From a virus (lineage: Duplodnaviria; Caudoviricetes): a DNA stretch of 58,689 nucleotides. Shown here piece after piece: positions 53,778 to 58,689 of the stretch. The position numbers and the translations under genes are program-made. Each line of letters opens with the position of its first letter. The first letter of the stretch is position 1. Below the pieces are notes generated by a model. That model made no database searches and had not been told where the DNA came from. It saw nothing but the letters and a program-made list of their open reading frames with translations. The stretch lies in IMG/VR virus record IMGVR_UViG_3300002855_000236, positions 1 through 58,689 of that record; one strand, 5' to 3'.

Positions 53778-54296
53778 ATGGGGATTCTTAGTGGTAATCC
53801 AAAAGATGAGCCAATGCATTATGGAGAGATATCAAGTGTTTGGAGCGCATCGACGATTGCAAAAGGGGCTGTATCATTTTATCAAGCCTATCATAACCAC
53901 GCTGGTGATAAAGATCTAAAGAAACTTCTTGATGACTACATTGACCAAGCAAAACAAGAAATAAAGGAATTGGATGAAGTACTTAATGCTAATGGCATTG
54001 CTCCAGCTCCGATGATGGCCGATAGACCTCGAGTTAACCTCGAGGACATACCCGTTGGTGCGCGTTTATCTGATCAAGATATAGCTGCAGCCATATCGGT
54101 AGACACAGCAACAGGGTTAGTCGCTTGTACTCAATCCATGTCAATGTGTATTCGGGAAGATATCGGCGCTTTGTTTGCTAAGCACATAGCAGCAAAAACG
54201 GCACTTGGCGGTAAAACGCTAAGGATGCTTAAGGATAAAGGTTGGCTGATCCCTCCTCCTTTGCAAATTAAACGTCCTGAAACAGTTCAGGTATAA
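53778..54296 (+). CDS. DUF3231-like ferritin-fold (spore-associated) protein
   Basis: MGILSGNPKDEPMHYGE, HAGDKDL, REDIG, KGWLIPPP. Confidence 0.82.
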   Translation: MGILSGNPKDEPMHYGEISSVWSASTIAKGAVSFYQAYHNHAGDKDLKKLLDDYIDQAKQEIKELDEVLNANGIAPAPMMADRPRVNLEDIPVGARLSDQDIAAAISVDTATGLVACTQSMSMCIREDIGALFAKHIAAKTALGGKTLRMLKDKGWLIPPPLQIKRPETVQV

Positions 54297-54361
54297 CGTT
54301 TACAAATACTGGTTTAAATGATATGATCGAAACAGAAATCCGGAAGCACCGGTATAAAAGG

Positions 54362-54389
54362 AGTCTCGGCTATTGCTGGGACTTTTTTT
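54362..54389. terminator. Intrinsic terminator
   Basis: AGTCTCGGC-TATT-GCTGGGACT followed by a T tract. Confidence 0.75.
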
Positions 54390-54538
54390 ATTTTTCAACG
54401 AGCATCTATGTAAAGGCCAGCCATGCACGGCCAACATTGTCGTAATTACACGAAAATCCGACCCGCGCATTGGCGGAACGGATTAACCTAAAAATAACGT
54501 TATCTACTTATTAGGAAAAATACGACAAAAATCGTATT

Positions 54539-54859
54539 CTATGGTTCGTCCTTCTTTGTTTCCTTCGATCCTATTAAATAACCGACTATTGTAGTAATTA
54601 TCGGTGTAATAATCGTCCACATCTCTTTTATCCCAAATGTATCCGATCTCCAATTACTTGGCATTAAAGTGTACACTAGGGCGATAAATAAAATGACAAC
54701 AGCAATCAAACCAACGATATAAAGTCTAACATTTTCACTGGAACCAAAGAACCTACCTAGGACTCCTAATTGAGCTTTGTGGAATTCTGTTTTTGCATTT
54801 TCAGTGATTATTTTGCTTGCAAGCCTGTGGTCGGTAGGGAGATCATAAAATTTATTCAT
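54539..54859 (-). CDS. 2-TM membrane protein
   Basis: LGVLGRFFGS then two hydrophobic helices; overlaps upstream gene. Confidence 0.75.
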   Translation of the reverse strand: MNKFYDLPTDHRLASKIITENAKTEFHKAQLGVLGRFFGSSENVRLYIVGLIAVVILFIALVYTLMPSNWRSDTFGIKEMWTIITPIITTIVGYLIGSKETKKDEP

Positions 54860-55223
54860 TATTTATTTCCCTCCCCGAATAAATTGTCAGATTCATAAAC
54901 CATTGGTCGTTTCTATCAGGGAAATATTCAACAGAGTATTGAATTTCAAGAGACTTTTTAGCGAATTCGCCAAGTAAGAGTGCTTCTTTAGTGCCGAATC
55001 TTCCGCTTCTATAATTGACAAACCTAATTAAGAGTTTTGTTTCATCGACTAGTTGTAGTTGCGTGTAATTACTATCCTCATCATTTGGATCTTTTATTAA
55101 TACAAAATCTAAATGCATTGGATCTTGATCATCAGAAAGCGTCACTTCTATAGGTTCTCCGTTATAAGCGGCAATTGTACCAGCGTATATAACGTCCTTC
55201 CCTCCCGATGTGATTTTAATCAA
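54852..55223 (-). CDS. Beta-rich hypothetical protein (DUF6864-like by recollection; start TTG 55223)
   Basis: AAGGGGGG RBS; alternating beta-strand pattern. Confidence 0.6.
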   Translation of the reverse strand: MIKITSGGKDVIYAGTIAAYNGEPIEVTLSDDQDPMHLDFVLIKDPNDEDSNYTQLQLVDETKLLIRFVNYRSGRFGTKEALLLGEFAKKSLEIQYSVEYFPDRNDQWFMNLTIYSGREINNE

Positions 55224-55336
55224 ATCGGCCCCCCCTTTTTTATCATTTCCATATATCGACAAAAAAAGCTTACTCCAGAAGGAATAAGCTCGTCAATATC
55301 TCTTTTAACTGCTAGTTAGCCCGACAAGTTGATGTA

Positions 55337-56107
55337 TCACAGTATACCCATCGAATGTTTATAAAAATTAATTGTGTTATTTATCTTTGAGCGAACAGAC
55401 CAATTATCTACTGTCTTCCCGTGACGAGCAAATGAATCACTGATAAACAAAATATAATCGTCATGGTTTACCCTAAGATTAATATTTTGGGGCCAATTAA
55501 GAACATATTCCTTTTGAATTTTTCCGGACTTCTTCGGAACCTCATACTCTGTAAAGTAATATGATTCTATGTCTTCTTTTTGGAAATCAATGTTTCTGGC
55601 AACGTATTTTCTGTAATGGTCAATACAAATCGGATCTATAATAACTCCTGACCATTCCTGCACCTTTTCCATTTCATATGCTTTTACAATCGCACTTCCG
55701 AAAACATTCGAGTTTTTTGAATCATCCGCAAAATATAACTCACCAAAAGTCATTGTTCCTCGAAGTGGAAAACCTTGGTTAAACGCTTTAAGCAATATTG
55801 CATTTGCAACAATCATCAATTGTACGCAGTCATCTGGGGATGCATTCGGAGTCCAAAGAACAATGCTATCCGATAAACTAATTGATTGCACATTGAGTTG
55901 TTGAAAGATAAATTCAACGTCACCTTCGTTAAACTGATCGTCATTTAAAAGGGACTTAACTAATGATTCCTTTGTATCACTCAGTATTGAACTCATCAAT
56001 TGAATAAACGGAATTAATTCATCTTCGTTATTATTTTTCATTATTTGTCTAAATCCAAGGATGTCCAGAAAGACCACAAAAGTTTCGTGTCTATTAATTT
56101 TCGACAC
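55337..56107 (-). CDS. Class III nucleotidyl cyclase-like protein (start GTG 56107)
   Basis: FLDILGF and LSDSIV (two metal Asp), LRG...GEL, FG.AIVKAYEME; GGAGG RBS. Confidence 0.7.
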   Translation of the reverse strand: MSKINRHETFVVFLDILGFRQIMKNNNEDELIPFIQLMSSILSDTKESLVKSLLNDDQFNEGDVEFIFQQLNVQSISLSDSIVLWTPNASPDDCVQLMIVANAILLKAFNQGFPLRGTMTFGELYFADDSKNSNVFGSAIVKAYEMEKVQEWSGVIIDPICIDHYRKYVARNIDFQKEDIESYYFTEYEVPKKSGKIQKEYVLNWPQNINLRVNHDDYILFISDSFARHGKTVDNWSVRSKINNTINFYKHSMGIL

Positions 56108-56140
56108 ATGGAACCCTCCACTAAAAGATTTCATATCAAT

Positions 56141-56168
56141 TTTCGACATATAAATGAACAAATCCTTC
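56141..56168 (-). promoter_or_regulatory. SigH-like promoter of the cyclase-like gene
   Basis: GAAGGATTT-12-GTCGAAA versus consensus RNAGGAWWW-11/12-RNNGAAT. Confidence 0.5.
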
Positions 56169-56447
56169 CACAACACAAAAAAGAGCAGGAGGGATAACTC
56201 TGTTTAATCCTACACACATCTCGAAAAAAAATCCCCAAGTATTCGCTGTGGAACGAACCTCTGCCGTCCGAAGCGTTCGAGCGAGCTTTTTCTATTTACA
56301 AAGAGCATCTATGTAAAGCGGCCGTGCACCGGGCCATCGACCGATTGCCGTGCTTGGCGACCGTTAAGCGGATTCCGCGACCGTCCCGGCCGTAGCCGGT
56401 AGGTTTCGGCCTCCTCCGCTGGAGGCCCAAGGCGCGTCATACGCTCG

Positions 56448-56651
56448 TCAGGCGGTTTCAATCTCTCCGTCGCCGGCGATTCCGAACAAGAGTCGTTCGG
56501 CTTCCAGAAGATCACGGTTTGGAAGCAAGTTCAGGCTATGCAGCGCCTCTCCCATTTCATCCGTCCAGGCTTTATTCAACGCGGAAGCCGCTTCAGCGAG
56601 AAGGCGAACTGCGCGGGTTTGCTGTTCGTTCAAAATCACTTTGTTCGACAT
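56448..56651 (-). CDS. Hypothetical protein
   Basis: AAGGGGG RBS before ATG 56651. Confidence 0.55.
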   Translation of the reverse strand: MSNKVILNEQQTRAVRLLAEAASALNKAWTDEMGEALHSLNLLPNRDLLEAERLLFGIAGDGEIETA

Positions 56652-56720
56652 TTGGTTTCCCCCTTGTTCGTTACGTCCGTACATTGGTATACTTGAAGCA
56701 ATTCCGAGGAGGCGATAACG

Positions 56721-56864
56721 TTGGTTCCTAAAATCATTGAATATACGGTCAAAGGCAACGTTCTAACCCCGCTGGTTTACGTAGACCTGAACAAGTTGAT
56801 CGAGTCTTACGATTCCTATATGCTTAACGTTAAGCAAGTTCGGCGGGGGAAGAGAAGGGCCTAA
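56721..56864 (+). CDS. Small protein, 47 aa (MVPKIIEYTVKG...RRGKRRA); not in ORF track
   Basis: GAGGAGG RBS, upstream TGGTATACT, downstream hairpin. Confidence 0.6.
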   Translation: MVPKIIEYTVKGNVLTPLVYVDLNKLIESYDSYMLNVKQVRRGKRRA

Positions 56865-56886
56865 CTTCGACCCTTCCCCTCTTGCC

Positions 56887-57096
56887 TTACTTACTGCGTT
56901 TTCCCTTCATCCGGAGGTAGAGGTCGTAGGCTCTTTCCTCCCCCAACGTTAGGCCGAACTTCTCAAGGATCTCGGCTTCGCGTTTCTTGAACTCCTCCTT
57001 GGTGATCCGTCCCAGCGCCAACTGGTCGCGGGTCACTCTTAGGAGGTGTTCTCGTTTCTGGAGCTTTTCGAATGCTGCGATTACCAACTTGTCCAT
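56887..57096 (-). CDS. Hypothetical helical protein
   Basis: Purine-rich RBS before ATG 57096. Confidence 0.6.
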   Translation of the reverse strand: MDKLVIAAFEKLQKREHLLRVTRDQLALGRITKEEFKKREAEILEKFGLTLGEERAYDLYLRMKGKRSK

Positions 57097-57253
57097 TTTC
57101 CCTTTCCCTCCCTTCGGAAGTCGTATGTTTGACTTCCTGTACATAATATATCATTTTCAATATAAACGGTCAATACATTTCGATAATAAATATTTGCTTT
57201 TCTGTACTTTTTATTCTATTATTTGTTTATCAAGTACCGAAAGGGGTAATATC

Positions 57254-57463
57254 ATGGGTTTTTCATACAAGCCACTATTTAGATTAATGTTAGAGCGGGA
57301 CATGAAGAAAACAGACCTCAGAGAAGCGCCCTTCGGCTTCGGTCCGTCTACGATCGCGAAGTTCGATAAAGGTGAAAATGTGTCAATGGATGTTCTGGAT
57401 AAACTCTGCACATTCTTCAAAGTTCAACCCAATGACATTATTGAACATAAGGCTGGTGATTAA
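57254..57463 (+). CDS. Cro/C1-type HTH regulator upstream of integrase
   Basis: SYKPL..L...MKKTDL..TIAK..KGE.VS..VLDKLC....QPNDIIE. Confidence 0.85.
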   Translation: MGFSYKPLFRLMLERDMKKTDLREAPFGFGPSTIAKFDKGENVSMDVLDKLCTFFKVQPNDIIEHKAGD

Positions 57464-57465
57464 TT

Positions 57466-58689
57466 GTGACCGTTATTAAGGATAAGACACTTAAGACTAA
57501 TCCTTGGTATTTCGTAATTGAAACCGGCGAAGGTAAGGACAGAAAGAGAATAAAGCGCAGGGGATTTAAGCGAAAGCAGGATGCGGAAGAAGCTGAGAGA
57601 ACACTTCGAAGTGAACTCAAGCTGGGGCTGAACATAGATGCTTCCAAAACAGTATACCGCGATTACATGGCCGATTATCTAAAAGACAAAAAAACGCGTG
57701 TTAAGGGGCGAACCCTTGATACTTATGAAAGCATGGTTAACAATCATATTTTGCCTGTGCGGAAAAATAGCGATGGGAAAGATGTGGGCTTAGGTGACCT
57801 GACCTTGGCTGAAATTACTCCTAGACATATTCAGAATCTTTATAATCACCTCCAAGAATCAGGATCTCTATCTGGAGAGAATATCCAAAAGGTTCATACA
57901 CTTATCAATGAGTCATTGGAGAAGGCGGCTGGCTGGGACATGATAATTAAAAACCCCGCTGCCGTTGTTGATCGCCCGAAAGCAGAAACTAAAGAAATGC
58001 TCTATTGGAATGAAGAAGAATCCCACAAATTTTTAGAGGCAGCTAAAACGGATCGATATTACCACGCCTTTCTTTTGGCATTAACCACTGGAATGAGGCA
58101 AGGTGAAATACTCGGATTAAGCTGGGCCGACGTCGATACTAAACGCAGGACCATATCTGTAAGACAAACTCTGGATCATTATGGCAAGCAGATTGATCAA
58201 GGCACAAAGACGATTTCAGGTATGCGTTCGATCGGTATCGACAAAACAACCGCGGCAGAACTGGACGCCCTAAAGCATCGTTTTAATGAAGAGAGAATGG
58301 CAAACAAAGATATTTACAATGAAAAGTTCCAACTCGTCATAAGCACTAAACTAGGCTCTCCATTGTCCCCGAGGAATCTTAATCGATCCTTTGAAAGGAT
58401 AGTCAATAAGATCAATGATGCTATTGCTGAAGGTGAAGACAAACTAAAGAAGATCAGATTCCATGATCTTCGTCATACTCATGTTGTTATGCTCCTGAAG
58501 TTGAGGGAGAACAACAAAAGGATCGCTGAGCGCATGGGATGGTCAAGCGTTAAGATGTTAGATCGCTATTCGCACATAACAGCTCATATGCAACAGGAAA
58601 CTGCTGACGCTTTCGGGGAAATGTTCTTCTCGAAACAGGAGGAAACGGAGGGGAAATTGGTGCCGAAATTGGTGCCGGAAGCTAAATAA
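57466..58689 (+). CDS. int: Tyrosine integrase with N-terminal arm-binding domain
   Basis: RRGFKRK, TGMRQGE, FHDLRHTH, MGWSS, RYSH. Confidence 0.96.
   Translation: MTVIKDKTLKTNPWYFVIETGEGKDRKRIKRRGFKRKQDAEEAERTLRSELKLGLNIDASKTVYRDYMADYLKDKKTRVKGRTLDTYESMVNNHILPVRKNSDGKDVGLGDLTLAEITPRHIQNLYNHLQESGSLSGENIQKVHTLINESLEKAAGWDMIIKNPAAVVDRPKAETKEMLYWNEEESHKFLEAAKTDRYYHAFLLALTTGMRQGEILGLSWADVDTKRRTISVRQTLDHYGKQIDQGTKTISGMRSIGIDKTTAAELDALKHRFNEERMANKDIYNEKFQLVISTKLGSPLSPRNLNRSFERIVNKINDAIAEGEDKLKKIRFHDLRHTHVVMLLKLRENNKRIAERMGWSSVKMLDRYSHITAHMQQETADAFGEMFFSKQEETEGKLVPKLVPEAK
58658..58676 (+). repeat. Two TGGTGCC arm-type repeats within the integrase 3' end
   Basis: Encode KLVPKLVP; same motif as 1569-1626. 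Confidence 0.8.

Larger units (their letters stand above)
1477..58689. mobile_element. Temperate prophage (lambda-like head, P2-like contractile tail); left end at the tRNA, right att beyond the window
   Basis: Integrase, xis, cI/cro, replication, packaging, head, tail and lysis modules; matching TGGTGCC repeats at both ends. Confidence 0.93.

Noticed and set aside
54539-56107. Canonical Pycsar or CBASS call
   Set aside because: Motifs do not match PycC or CD-NTase as I know them, and a terminator splits the genes; kept only as a candidate
56309-56515. 68-aa minus-strand ORF
   Set aside because: Low complexity, overlaps another ORF, no RBS

Overview
The first ~1.5 kb is GC-rich Bacillota host DNA (Paenibacillaceae-like, by inference): an MBL-fold hydrolase, two small membrane-protein genes and tRNA-Val(GAC). 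The remaining ~57 kb is a largely complete temperate prophage integrated at the 3' end of that tRNA; the right att site lies just beyond the window. It combines a lambda-like cos/terminase/portal/capsid module with a P2-like contractile tail. The layout is permuted: the att site falls between the early operon (ending arpU-xis) and the integrase, so the cI/cro switch sits mid-prophage. The most notable observations are: (1) an ~870-nt ORF-poor, densely base-paired region behind a probable late promoter, holding a tRNA-Gly with a bulged T-stem, two further tRNA-shaped modules and several multi-stem domains; (2) an iteron plus AT-rich origin-like element ~34 kb from the initiator gene, which lacks its usual internal iterons; (3) a phage-encoded beta clamp, with clamp-binding-like motifs in ArpU and DNA-modifying proteins, including a TGT/DpdA-like protein; (4) repeat-bracketed AT-rich cassettes encoding a TIR protein and a class III cyclase-like protein with a 2-TM neighbour; (5) an apparently dead dUTPase, a truncated tail spike and sporulation-type cargo. 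All family calls come from recognising motifs by eye; no searches were run.
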